Assembly (NCBI GenBank): GCA_044892525.1
Contig: CM097885.1
Coordinates: forward strand, 46,626,001-46,690,000
Origin: Schmidtea polychroa
Taxonomy: Eukaryota
DNA: 64,000 nt
Direction of reading: 5' to 3'
Shown: positions 29,178 to 44,879 of the stretch, piece by piece
Layout: every line of letters starts with the position of its first letter
Numbering within the stretch: position 1 is the first letter of the stretch
Notes under the pieces: model-generated
Told to the model about the DNA's origin: nothing
Database searches by the model: none
The model's input: only the letters and a program-made list of their open reading frames with translations
Translations under genes and position numbers: made by a program

Positions 29178-31162
29178 TGGGATTTGCAATGGGTATCACA
29201 AAGCTTGTAATTTTTATATAATTTTGTTGTGTCTATTATAAAAAAATAATAACGGAAATTTAGAAATTTGAAATACAATGCAAAGGTAAATTAAAAATAA
29301 TATGTTTAGTAAAGCATAATTTTTTATTTATTTTAAAATTTAACAATTATTCCCATAATAAAATATATTGCATTTTATGTTATAAAACCCACTTGAAACC
29401 GATGGGTTTTTACTTTATAATTTAACAGTAGTAAATAAAATAAACATGTTAAGACATTTTCCTATCTATGTTAAATTTTATATGTAATTAAAAAATAATT
29501 TTATGTAATTAAATACAATAAATTCAAACAAAAATTTTTAATTAAATATTCTACGCATAATAAAATAAAATTTGAAAACGCTATTGAAAACGCTGAAGGC
29601 AAGTTTAAAAATTAATTGAGTAAATTTTCACTCATAAATTTTACATCACAACCTCATTTTTATATAAATAAAATTAACTTAGGCAAGGAATTCAAAGATT
29701 ATTTTCATGCATATTTAGTAAAATTTAACAAAATATTAGTTGAGAAGAAATTTGTATTGGATAAATTTATTATTTATTTATTAAATTAAACAGCTTAAAT
29801 TAAAACAAACAGAAAAAATGTGTAATTATAAAAATATCTTAAATTTATTTTATTATAATTGATTCTTTATTTAAATTCGCTCAAAATAATTTGATTTTCA
29901 TTACTATAATTATATTATAAGGTGATGATTTATTGGTAGCAGCATTAATTAAATATTAAATAATTAAATGATAATTTAAGCCTTTTGCTGTGAATTATAT
30001 ATTTGATAAAAATGAAAAAATGTTAGCTCATAGAATTATAAATATTAATAATAATAATTATTATTATGTGTAAATAGCTAACATAATGCAATATTTATAA
30101 ATAAATATAGTTAAATAAATTTTTTACAAATAAAATCTTTGCGTTTGATCTTTAATTTAAAATTTTATTCATCTTTATTATGTTTTTTTGTAATAATTAT
30201 TTAGATTTGCCGTTTTCTGTCCTCGGTCTGTAAAAATATGACAACTTTTATATGATTTGTTTCTAATCATTTGTCGATTAAAATGTAACAACTTGTATAA
30301 AGTTTTTATTATTTTGTATAAATTTTATTATTTTCTAATTTTTTTTAAAGGATAGAAACTTCAAATACAAAAATAAAAACGGGGATAGGAAAGGGCTAAT
30401 TGTCACAATCAGTTTGTTTGAATAATTAACAACAGACAACTTTTATGATTATTTTTATTTTTTTTTAAGTAAATAAATATTAAATATTAAGCCTTGTCCC
30501 TTTTTATCTAACAAATGTTGTTGACAATTGACAAATATATACTGGTGAACGCAATATTTCTAAAATTATATAAAAAAAATTTCCATTTACAAATGTAAGA
30601 AACTATTTGAGTGAATTAAAGTAAAACTTTAAACAGCTGAAGAGTAATCACATTTTGATCAGAGTTGTTTGCAATAATAAATTCAGTTTATAAAATTTAG
30701 AATAATTTTTCTATGAGTCAAGTTAATGTCGAATACAATATCGCATGCATTATTATGATTATTAAAACAAGGAATGCGCTTTAACATTACAACGGGATTC
30801 AGTCCAAATGTTACAGGGTTTCCTTTGGCAATTAATGTAAATTAACTGTGCCATGACCACTTTAATTTCAATTGACATTGTCTAAATTATTAATTTAAAT
30901 TATATTAACAAATGAATAACAAAAATATGATTTAATTTTGTTTCAATATTATTTAAAAAAATACATTTTTATTTAATATTCACACTTTGCCTTTAATGAG
31001 ATCTAATTTTTATGGTATCAATTTAATGATACCAAATCGGGTGATCAAGATTCAGAAATTAAAACAATAAATATATTAATTCAATCGGGTATTTTGATTT
31101 TGATGATATAATAAATACAACACTGAAAAATACTCCGTTGGTATCTATTTTCAACTGCTTAT

Positions 31163-31311
31163 TTAATATAAACAGTAACTGAACCGAATTGGATCTAAAT
31201 GTTTCACTACTCTGTATCCTATTTGTACTTTACCACTGCGGCTTTGTCTCCCTTTACTGCTAAAACGATCTTTGGATAGTGCCACGTCTATTGGTTGTGT
31301 TAAAATCCTAT
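31163..31311 (-). CDS. Candidate terminal coding exon, possibly of the minus-strand gene starting at 50814
   Basis: TTTGCACAG acceptor; only phase 1 is open (RILTQPIDVALSKDRFSSKGRQSRSGKVQIGYRVVKHLDPIRFSYCLY*); phase is compatible with the 50721 donor; locally higher GC. Confidence 0.3.
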
Positions 31312-32009
31312 CTGTGCAAAACATACATTTTAAACAAAAGCAAAGATTCTCTTTAAAATTTTCATCAAAATTCAGTCATTCTTTAATTTAAACAAAAAAT
31401 GTGTTTATACATATAAAGGCAAATTACAACAATTATTTATTAAAACAACGATATTTTGTATAAAATAATAAATTTCCATCATTCCTATTAATCAAACACT
31501 CGTAAATTCATGTAAACTTCATATACAATATAATGTGAGTTACTGCTAAGAAAGGTTACTAATATTAATTTTATGTGTGAAAATTCTATTTCCCATATAA
31601 TTCTATATATGCTGGTGCTTTATTGAAAGTTTTTACTGTTTTTTCCTGGCCCTCATCGTTTTGTGATTTATCCGACCCTTTAGTTGATGTCATCTACCGT
31701 GGACTCCTACGTAAGAATTTTTACGGATAACAAAATTGTAAGAATTTGAACATGTGAGGTTGTGAATAGCGTTCCATGATTGTTGAGATTGTCGCTTCGA
31801 AATGTCACCTTGGTTATTTGCTATCGAAAGATCTAATTCTGGTATCTTAAATTTGATTCTTCTTTCTTGGAATATTATTTCTCCCATTATCTTATTATCC
31901 TGCGAACGATCTCTCCGCTACATACCCCTTTTCCAATCGAGCTAGCCTGTGTAACACCTGAAGATCAAATTACATTTTTATTTATGATAAAATTGGGATG
32001 GCTGAACAT

Positions 32010-32900
32010 TTTTTGTTTCAGGACCTATAAGTCGCTCTAAAGTTCCTGAAAAAATAATAATTTATCAATTTCATAAATCTATAAACTCAATAAAGGTAAA
32101 GATTTATTGACATTGCATGAAAATAATTACAAAAAGAAATTAATTTAATAAAGGTGATTTCTGCTTGACTATTTCTTTTCCTGGTGTCGTAAAAAATTTC
32201 TTGAGCTCTTGTACAATTCTGGTTTTCCTTTATAAATTGTAGTTTTATTTGATTTGCGAGATTTTCTTATGGATTCTTGTATGAATAGCTATATTGTTTC
32301 CTTTACCTTTTCTATTCCTGGGTTTTTGAGCTTCTTATTGAAACGTTTTGAGAATTTTTATCTGGATTTCTCGTTGAGTAGAGTTGATTTTAGATTGTTT
32401 AGAATTTTTAACCGAGTAGAGTATTGTGTATTTTAATTTCCAAATGTATAGAATAGCGTTTCTGTTTGGTCGATTCCTTGGGTTTGTAAAACCTTAAGTT
32501 ATTGGAATGAAGTTGTTGAGAGTTTTTAGTCTGCTTTTTGAGTGTTGCTTCGGGTATTTCCATGATTTCCTTGATTTCCACGCTACCTGAGTTTACTAAG
32601 AATTTCTGTCAGATGCTCAATATATTGATCTGAGCACCCGATCATCGCCTGAATCATTTTAGGTAGGTGCTGTTGAATCAACAGTGTTGATTCAGTACCA
32701 ACCTTTATAACATTGAGACAAAGGTTTTTAAAGTTTATTTAAGTTTAAATTTGGACGTAAAATATAAATTTTTCGGGTTTTTTTAGCTCTTGTTTTTGTC
32801 GTCTAACTCTTCGATCAAATCGGAATTTTCTTAATCAGCCTTTATCCCTTGTATATACTATTGACAGATTAATAACAACCTAATGATCCTAGCCCCAACA
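32010..32900. mobile_element. Solo LTR-like repeat (left boundary uncertain)
   Basis: Ends AGCCCCAACA; shares the CTACCTGAG..TACT motif with rc 120-136 and with 34985. Confidence 0.45.
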
Positions 32901-34632
32901 AACATGAACTTGGCTATTCTTAGAAAATATAAATGAATGTATCTTTAGGTTTAATTATGGCAGTCATAAAATGATTAATTTTCATTTATACAGTTTTGTC
33001 ACATATCTCAAATACATTAACTCATATTTAAAAAAGAATGCATTTTTTTACTGAAAAGAATAAAAATATAGTTTCACTTTTATAAATAAATTTGATATTC
33101 AATATGAATTTATTTTGTTTACATTATAAAAATTGAGTTTATTTAATCTCTTATATGTTTTACAGTTTCCTATTTGTAACAGATATTCCATCCGTTATTT
33201 CAGTTCAATAAAACAAGCAAAGAAAAACAGAATTTATGCAAGATTTTAAATACATAATAATAAAATAAAACAAAATTTTCATAAATAGCTCGGAATTGCA
33301 ATAAAATTTGTATGTGGTTAGGTAGAATAAAATTTTCTTTTGTAACAATTGTTACATTTATTTGTAAATATTTATTATATTTTATATACGATAGGCAGTA
33401 TCACTAATAGAAATCCAGAAAATTATATACTGTTTAAAAAAATTAATTACCATCACAATTTTTATATAAAAATGATACATAATAATGAATTGTTACATAT
33501 AAATATAAAATGCCAGTCTCTATATATGTCCTCTTATATACTTTTATTAATGGATGTATTGAGTCGGGACAGGCTATTAATGATAGATAATTATATATTA
33601 TAATTATAATTATAATTAAAATAAATAACTCCATTGCTTTTTAATTACCTTCATTAAAAATAACAACAAAGAATCGTTTTATAATTTATTATTATAATTC
33701 TTTATTAATTTGTTTTTATTTAACTGTTTGTTGGGTTATTATTGTTAAAGTCGGTACTGATTCTGACTCTTCGTGCTCTTTGTTTCAATTATTAAACAAT
33801 ACCCAACACAGAGTACTTTATTAAATGTCAATAAAAGTGGACACAACATTGTCAATATTTGTCAATATTGTCAATATTGTCACTCTTATTTCATTAGCAC
33901 TTTTCTATAAAAATTAAAGCAATAGCTGCCTTTTTGGATTTTGAATATGATTTTTCTTTTTATAAATTTGATTTGACAAGACCTTTGGTCCTTTACATTT
34001 TGATATCTTTTGTTTAATTTTTTAATTAATTATCGTAGGAATCTCTTTGTGACTTTTTTTATTTTTCGACTAAACTAGCACTAACAGAGTCGTTTCTTTT
34101 AATATTGGTTTTCCTCCTGTTATTTTTGTAATTAAACAATCAAATTAGTCAGAGACCAAATTTTTTCTCAAAACAAAACAATTAAGCAGGTGACCTCTCG
34201 CCTTTGTTCAAAAATCTTATTTTGCTAATTATTATATACATGTACGCGGATGTTGTAGATATAAGGATGGACAAACAATATTTAAATGGTCAAATGGTAT
34301 TCATTTCGAGAATAGATTTCATTCTAAACAATCTAAATTTTCGATTTGTTAAAAAAACGTGACAATTTCTAAAAATGCTTCTTTTACAATAATAATAAGT
34401 AAATTTTACTAAGAATTGGCATTTATTATCATAATTCTGCGTGTACGTATCATCAATTATATATTAAAATGGTCTAGACTCTAGAGTATTAGTTCTCAAA
34501 CATTTTGAAGGTCGGGACCACTAATCGATTATCCTAAGTTTCGCGGATCACCACTTTAAGAACCACTGATCTATAGCCCATCTTCCAATGATTATGTGAA
34601 TTAAACATATACAAAGCCCAAACATTTAAATA

Positions 34633-35671
34633 TGTTGGGTTTTAGATTACTTTAAGTCGGTTCCCTCTGACTCCTAGTGTTCTTTAAATCAAAACAATAA
34701 ACGACCCAACGTATATTGAAACAACAGGTTCACAATTTATTATCACCCCTTTACAATCACTAATCAAAGTTCCGTTTGTACGATTCTCCGCTCGGCGTTG
34801 ATGCTTTGCAAATAGATAATATTCACCTTTTGTCTCTTTAGATTCTCTTGACCCACGTTTTCCTCGGTTTCTGTTTGATTTGATTTCTTGTTCACCTTTC
34901 CGTATTCCTAATTCTATTTCTTCTTTTCCCTACTTTCCCTAATTTGTTTTCGCCTTTTCCTAAGCTCTGTTTCTTCCAACCTTAGCTGAGGCAAAATGCC
35001 GATTTTTTCTGATTTTCCCTTTCCTTATATACTCCTCGAAATCAGGATGACAAATGGTTATTGCCGAGCCAATCTTTCACTTGACATTTGCGCCCACGTA
35101 TCTGCTTCGGCTGTCACCCATAATGGTCCAACGAATCCAGATAATTAATGGCCCTCCCGGTCTTCCTACACGCGCTATCTTCTCCTTGCTCTTTTCTAAT
35201 TAATCATTGTGTCAAGCTAATGGGCCCAAATCTTCCTTCTGTTTGCTTTTCTTCTTGTTTACCCAGCTCGGGTTTCCTTAATCTCTCTGGTTCTCCATTG
35301 GCTCGGGTTTCCCATTAGCTCGGGTTTTCCATTAGCCAATTAATTAATTAATTAATGTTTTCTGTTTTCATACATTTGAATGCTTTTCGACCCTTCCTAA
35401 CCATTTTCTGATAAATCCCTAATCATCATCTTGTTGACCATTAGCTAATCTATACCTGTCCCGTTTTCCTTATTCGATTTCGACGATTTTACTATTTATT
35501 GATTTTTCTCGGATTTCCGGATTCTTGCCTTTCGTAATTGCTTTTTGCATTTTCTAATACTGCTTCCATCACATTTTCCTTTACTATCAATTCTGTGCAT
35601 GATCCCGCTTTTATTTGTCTTTTCTCTTCACTTATTAACCTAAATTTCATTTTAATTTACAGACCTCAACA
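34633..35671. mobile_element. Solo LTR with 4-bp TSD
   Basis: TGTTGGG...CCTCAACA termini flanked by AATA on both sides; about 1.04 kb; no ORF. Confidence 0.75.
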
Positions 35672-36128
35672 AATACATTGTTATGATCACAATAGACACA
35701 GTCCCAGACGACGTTTATGCCTTTGTGATTTTATGATTTTATAGTTTTTCGTTTTAATTTAGGATCTTAATTATGATGGATTGGTAAATTAATGATAAAT
35801 TAAATGGATGTTAAATCTTTTCAGTGCAAAATACTGTCAAAAAGAAAAAGTGGTTTACTTACAAAACATGATCGTGGACCACTGGTCAAAAATTTAGTTA
35901 GGTTGGAAACCTTTTTTAGCTTAAGAGCCATAATTATAATAAAAATTTTAAAGGCAACATTAGAGAGCAGCAATAAAAAAATACATGTAAGAAAAATAAA
36001 AAATTTTCATTATACATCAAAAAGAGAAAATTCTTTCTCGTTATCGATTTTCTATGTAAACCCAGATTTAAATATTTATGAGAGCCACTAGTTTCCGACT
36101 CCTGGTCTAGAGCAACTTCAAAGGTAAG

Positions 36129-37301
<1,173 letters not shown>

Positions 37302-37429
37302 GTTTAGGGCCTAATAAAAAAAATAAATTTGTATTTTTCATACAGTTAACGTAATTTCCTTGGATATTTATTCATATAATATATAGATAAAATTTAATTT
37401 TCTATAAAATGGATTGATCTAGAGTTTAA

Positions 37430-37875
37430 AATGTTGTATTATTTTATTACTTTGTTGCAATATTTTTATAATCTTATAACAATTTGCTTAAATATTTTAC
37501 ATCTGTTGAAATATTTCCGAAATATGTTATTACTTTGTTGTAATTTACTGAAAGACTTCACAATTTATTACAATATTCTTTTTAATTTGTTGTCCGACTT
37601 CGAAATAATGTATTGATTTGTCCCAATTAACATCATTATTTTATTACTTTGTTGCAATATTTTTATTATTTTAGTTACAATTTGATAAATATTTTACAAC
37701 TGTTGAAAATTTATCTGAAAAACGTTATTACTTTGTTGTAATATTTTCTAATCTTGTTACAATTTGCTTAAATATTTTACAACTGTTGAAAATTTATCTG
37801 AAATATGTTATTACTTTGTTACAATTTTATGAAAACGTTATTACTGTTTTGCAATTTGATGAAAAATGATATTAC
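37430..37875. repeat. Degenerate tandem repeats inside the element (TTATTACTTTGTTG core)
   Basis: Repeated blocks ttattactttgttgcaatatttt / aaatattttacaactgttgaaa. Confidence 0.7.
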
Positions 37876-37993
37876 TTTGTGGGTTCATCACATTATTTTT
37901 ATTAAATTATTATGAAAATGTTAAATAAGTCAACTTTAGCATCAAAATGTGTTTTAAAATATATTGAAGTTTTAAAATACTGCAACGTAATGC

Positions 37994-38108
37994 ATTTATT
38001 TTTCCTACCCCTTCCTTGATTTTGATTGGTCAGAATATATATATTTATTTTTCCTACCCCTTCCTTGATTTTGATTGATCAGAATTTAATCTTGTGTAAT
38101 ATATAAGC
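37994..38108 (+). promoter_or_regulatory. Putative Pol II promoter: duplicated ~42-bp unit with inverted CCAAT box, followed by a TATA box
   Basis: ATTTATTTTTCCTACCCCTTCCTTGATTTTGATTG(G/A)TCAGAAT occurs twice; TATATAAG near 38100, about 80 nt upstream of ATG 38180. Confidence 0.5.
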
Positions 38109-38179
38109 AGTAACTTTTCAAAATCATCACAATTATTTTTAAATTTTACAAATTTTCGACTAAAAATTTTCGATTAAAA

Positions 38180-39075
38180 ATGGACAGTGAATTAGATAAT
38201 ATTTTACGCGCCATGTTGGCAGGAGAAAACGGTAAATTATTTTATTTTTATTATTATTATTTATTATTATTTTAGAGAATTTATGGTATGAAGTCACCGA
38301 GGCCGACAACTATAATCATGATCTGCCAATCATTATTAGTGACAATGAAGAAGATCTTTTATTAAGTAAATTTATTTTTAAAATTTAATTGAAAATAAAA
38401 TTATTTAGTTGATCAGCATATTAATGACGGTGAAAATGTTATTGAGGACAATACCCGAGATATTATCATGGAATCAATGGGTAAATTTATTTTATTTAAT
38501 TAATGAATTACAAAAACTTAAGGTTATTGAGGACAAATGTTGGATATGCCCCAAATATTAATGTTGTTTCTGATGACTATGCCCACATATCTATTGAGGA
38601 GGAAATTAGTCATGACTCCGTTTCTTATGGGGATGAATCTGAGGATGATTCCGATAAAGAATCAAAATGTTAGTTATATTTTATTAATATTTTTAAAATT
38701 AATTTAAAATTGGTTTTGATAATTAATTTGTTTAATAACCACGTATAAATTATGAAAATGTTTCTGGAAATAATTATGAAAATGCTGAAAATTATGAAAA
38801 TGTTCCTGAAATAATTATGAAAATGCTGAAAATTATGAAGATGTTCCTGAAATTATAATGAAAATGTTGAAAATTATGAAAAATATGAAAATTTTTGTGA
38901 AAATAATTATGAAAATGTTGAAAATAATGAAATGTTCCAGAAACTTATGAAAATGTTTTTGAAAATAATTATGAAAAATCTGAAAATCATGAAAATGTCT
39001 CTGAAAATAATTATGAAAAATCTGAAAATTATGACAAATATGAATATGTTCCTGAAAATGATGTTGAAATTAATA
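38180..39075 (+). pseudogene. Intron-containing acidic protein gene with an NYEN-repeat region, carried by the element
   Basis: Exons 38180-38231, 38276-38365 and 38409-38480 splice in frame through GTAAAT...AG introns (44, 43, then 42 nt) to give MDSELDNILRAMLAGENENLWYEVTEADNYNHDLPIIISDNEEDLLLIDQHINDGENVIEDNTRDIIMESM. Exon 4 (38523-38668, DESEDDSDKE) needs a frameshift. 38748-39075 encodes NYENxxEN repeats with frameshifts. Confidence 0.65.
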
Positions 39076-42000
39076 AGTTGTTATGAAAATAATAATTGAA
39101 TAGAAATAATACTTTGAAAATATTAATTGTGAAACATAGTTTGCATTGAGCACGCAACTACTTTCTCTAATAATAATATTAAAAAAAAATAGTAATATTA
39201 GATATAATAATAATAATAATAACAATTATAATAATATTTATGATATCTCCCATATTTTATACCTCTGATAATGATAATATTACAATAAATTATATATGTA
39301 TTCCGATTATTATTCCGTTTTATAATTATTATGCGATAAATACGGCTTAAGAATTGTTAATAAAGTCATTAAATATAAATGCAATATTTTATTAATATTT
39401 AAATCTATTAATATATTTGATATATATTTATAATTTATCAGGTAAATTATACCCCCGCTACTGCATGTCATCAAATGATCATACAAATATATGCCATAAA
39501 AATATGAAAAAATACTACGGTCATAGATTCTATGGCATCAACTACTTTATATGTCCAATATGCGAGACTTCCCAAAGCATTAAATATATAGAGTTTTATA
39601 ATATTCACAAATCACATTTAAATCGGTTCTCTTTAAATAAAAAGAAATTGTTTATTAAAATACAACAATTAACACATAATACCACAAAACACATAAATAC
39701 AAAACCTATAAATAATAATACAAAACATGTAAATAATAATGTAAATAATACTAATCTAAATACTAAAATAAATAATATTCTAAATAATAAACAGCCTGCT
39801 GTTAGTTTTGGGTCTGGTGTTCCCTCTAAAATTACTAAAATAGTCAAATAAGTGATTTAAATAATATTCAAATAGGTGGTTCAGTAAATAATAAGAGTTC
39901 GATCGACATTGACGACGAACCTGAAATTGAGATAGATTTTAAGGGTGCACGAAAAAATTTACGATTTAATATGGAAAGGGATAACTTGGTGCAAATTTCC
40001 CTTACAAATAAAATTATAAATAAATAATTTGCCGAAATTATAGGTATGGGCACAGTTAAAATACAATTCACCGTTTTAATCCAATTCGAAAAAGATGGGG
40101 AAATTAGAGATAATTTTTTCTCGAATAGCGCAGAAGTTTTTTCAGAAAATCTTTTGATTAATGGAATCACCAGATTAAATAATAAAATTGAAAAGTTCAC
40201 ATATTTGGGTAGCGGATGGCGGGTAGTTAAAATCAAAGAGATAGATTTTATCTTAACTAAAAATACACATATGAATAGGCTAGCTGGACATAGTTATATC
40301 CCCACCCCATCAGCTTTAAATTCTAAAAAAGCAATAGTAAACGTCAAAACACTGACGATATGCGCTTTATATATAGTATTTTAGCACTGTTAAAACGCAA
40401 TGTAGTACATATAAATAGAAATCGTGTTAGTTCCTATGAAAATTATCTTGACGAGTTAAATTTTGACCCCATTTCTGATTGTCCAATGAAATTATGTGAT
40501 ATCCCTAAATTTGAAAGGAAAAATAATGATTTAAATTTATCAATAAATGTTTTAATTTATAAAAAGAACCCAGCTAAGCCTTCTGAAAATGATGATAGTA
40601 AGTATATTCCACATCATCCTCAATTAGATATTATTCACCGATCTAAGGTTATAGGTGGTGAACCCATGTACTTACTTTTATTGGAAGACGGTGATAATTT
40701 CCAATATACCGCAGTTTTTAACTTACAAAGACTAATGAATTGTCACTCTAGCAGTGAATGCAGCGTTAGAATTAAAGTTAACTGGTGCCCCCATTGTCTT
40801 AACGGATTTAGACATAAAAATGCATTTGATATTCATGTCGCCTTATGCATAAAAACCAGATAGGAACAACTCTATACACACTACCTAAAGATAAAAATTT
40901 ATTATTTAAAGATTACTCCAGGACAATCACCCCACCATTCGTGATATATGCCGATTTTGAGGCAATTTTACCCGAGGATATTACCCATCATCAAAAACAC
41001 TTACCAATAACAGCAGGCATGTTATTAATTAATAATTATAATAACACTAGATTTTATTATGAGTTTGTTGGTGATGATTGTGTGTTGTCTTTCTTGCGTA
41101 AGGTGGAGGAAATTGCTGTCACAATTGTCCTGCCATATTACGAAATTAATGGGAAAAAGCCCATGCAAACCTTGTCTTTCACTGAAGAGCGGGCTTTTCG
41201 AGAATCCAGAACCTGTTACCTTTGTAAGAAATTTATTAAAGATAGAGTTAGGGACCATTGCCACTTCTCATGCAAGTATCTTGGTGCTGCTTGTAGGAAA
41301 TGTAATGTTTCTCGGCGAATTCAGAGCCAGTTACCGGTTGTGTTTCATAATTTGAGGGGGTATGATCTCCATCATATTTTGAAGTATGGTTTGAATAATT
41401 TTCCTTCTTGGGAATTAAATATTATTCCGACTACTACCGAGAAATTCATCTCCCTCATCGCGTATATTAACAAATTGCCTGTTCGTTTTATTGACAGCAT
41501 GCAGTTTGTTAATTCATCTTTAGCAAAAGCGGTTAAGACTCTTTCCGATCTGCCTTTAACTTCTTCTGTTTTTGATGGCGCAATTGTTCGAGCCAAAGGT
41601 ATCTTTCCATATGACTTTGCTACATCGCTTGAGGTTCTGGAATCGACTCTTGAACTACCTCCGATCTGGGATTCTGTGTCTAATGATGAGTATGCATTAG
41701 CCCAAGTTATTTGGACTCAGTAAAATTGCAACAACATGTTAGATTACATGTTAACTTACCTTAAATTAGATGTATTTTTCCTCGCAGACTATTTTCAACA
41801 ATTCCGTGCAAAGGCCATTGCTTACAATGGTCTTGAGCCTCTTAATTTCTATGGCATTCCCGGTATGTCATGGGCCTCAGCGCTTATCACATTAATGGAA
41901 CCTATAGAACTTTTGCAGGACATGGAAATGTTTAATTTCTATGAAGGAGGGATACGGGGTGGGTTAACATTTGTTAACAAACATTATGTTGTAAGTTCTG

Positions 42001-42937
42001 AAGACACTGAACTCCTGTACATAGATATAAATAATTTGTATGGTTGGGCCTTAAGCCAAAATCTGCCTTATGCTGACTTTGTATGGGTGTATGACGATTT
42101 GGATATTATACTTTCTGAATGTGTGAATGATGATATTGATAACCTTCCATATGGGTATACTATGGAAGTTGATATCGAAATTCCGGAATGTTTGCATGAT
42201 TTTTTAAATGACTTTCCTATTGCTGCAGAAAAGATGTGTCCACCGAACTCCAAAGTTGAGAAGCTGATGCTCACGCATTGGCCAAAGAAGAACTATGTTC
42301 TTCATTGGAGACTTCTTAAACTTTATCTTTCACTCGGTGTGACGGTGGTTAAAATTTATAGAGCAGTTAAATTCACTCAAGCACCCATTTTTAAATCGTA
42401 CATTGATAAAAACACAACATTAAGAGCACAATCCACCAGTGAGTTATATAGAGATTTGTTTAAGCTTTATAACAACAGCTTATATGGGAAATCCGTTGAG
42501 AACTTAAAGAAAAGGATGGATTTGAGGCTATGCAATTCAGCTGAAAAGATGATTTTATATGCCTCAAAGCCAACTTTCAGAAAATCTATCAAAATTGCTG
42601 ATGATCTGATTGTGGCTCATCTGAATAAGGACTCTATATGTTTAGACAGGCCTAGCTATATTGATCAAACAGTGTTAGATTTGTCTAAACTAAGAATGTA
42701 TCAACTACAATATGTGGAATTAGCCAAGTACAGGTCTGAATTTAATTGTGATATAAATATCGTTGCCGGTGAGACTGACTCCTTTTTCTTAGAGATAAAG
42801 CATTGTAAGCTTGACACTCTTTTGCCGGGAATGATTCGTGATAATCTTTTAGATACTAGCAACTATGACCCAACACATCCCTTATACTCTAGAAACCTAG
42901 ATTCTGTGATAGGGAAGTTTAAAGATGAAAGTAAAGG

Positions 42938-44038
<1,101 letters not shown>

Positions 44039-44879
44039 GGTAAGAATGTAAGTATGATTCTTTACAAAAAATTCAAGAAAGACCAATTGATTTAATAATG
44101 TGCATTAAATAGAAGGAAGCAAAACTGGCCATTATTAATAGAAGAAATTAAATGCAACGAAAGTTTTATCTTTCATACATTTTGTAAAGTTCAAAGCCAA
44201 TAGGAGAGGTAGTGATTATAGGCATGTAACTCGAAACCATCGAGTATAATTATTTTAAGAATATTTATAGACATTACCCCATTCAAAGAGCCGGTTAATA
44301 ATTTAGTAAGTAGATGAGAGACTAGAAATCAAGAGTAGGTAACAGATTTTACTGCAAATTATTTATGAAAAATTTCAATTATTAAAATTGAAATATTTAG
44401 TATTTTGCATTTAGAGCTGAAAAGTTTCTGAGAAAATAATTTAAAAAATATTTCAATTTGATATAGAAAATCAAATTATAAATGTAAATATTCTTTTAAC
44501 TCGATCTCAATAAAAAGTGAAGGAAATAAAAATTATTTTTATTTAATGAAAAATTCAATTTTTTATTTAATTAACATTAAAAATTAACACACACACGCAG
44601 TTTCTCAAAAAACTGTAATGGGAAAATAAATACGAGAATTCGCTTAAGATTGTTAAATTGGAATTCCACCAATTTTGTAAATATTCTAACAATAGAAACA
44701 GTCAATCAGAAAAAACAAAAACAGAAAAATAAAATACAATAGGAAAATGTTAATAAAATATTAATAAAACCTAATTAATTGTTATCACATTCAGTTTTAA
44801 TTGAAAACATAATGAAGAAACTATATTTTAAAAATATATTAGATGTATAATAAGCAATATTAAAACTACATATATAAAT

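Noticed and set aside
29096..29260. Bona fide U1 snRNA gene
   Set aside because: Only the first 11 nt match; the loop I (GATCACGAAG) and loop II (ATTGCAC) motifs are absent in the sense orientation.
39605..42274. Minus-strand and alternate-frame ORFs overlapping pPolB
   Set aside because: Antisense or out-of-frame shadows of the polymerase coding sequence.
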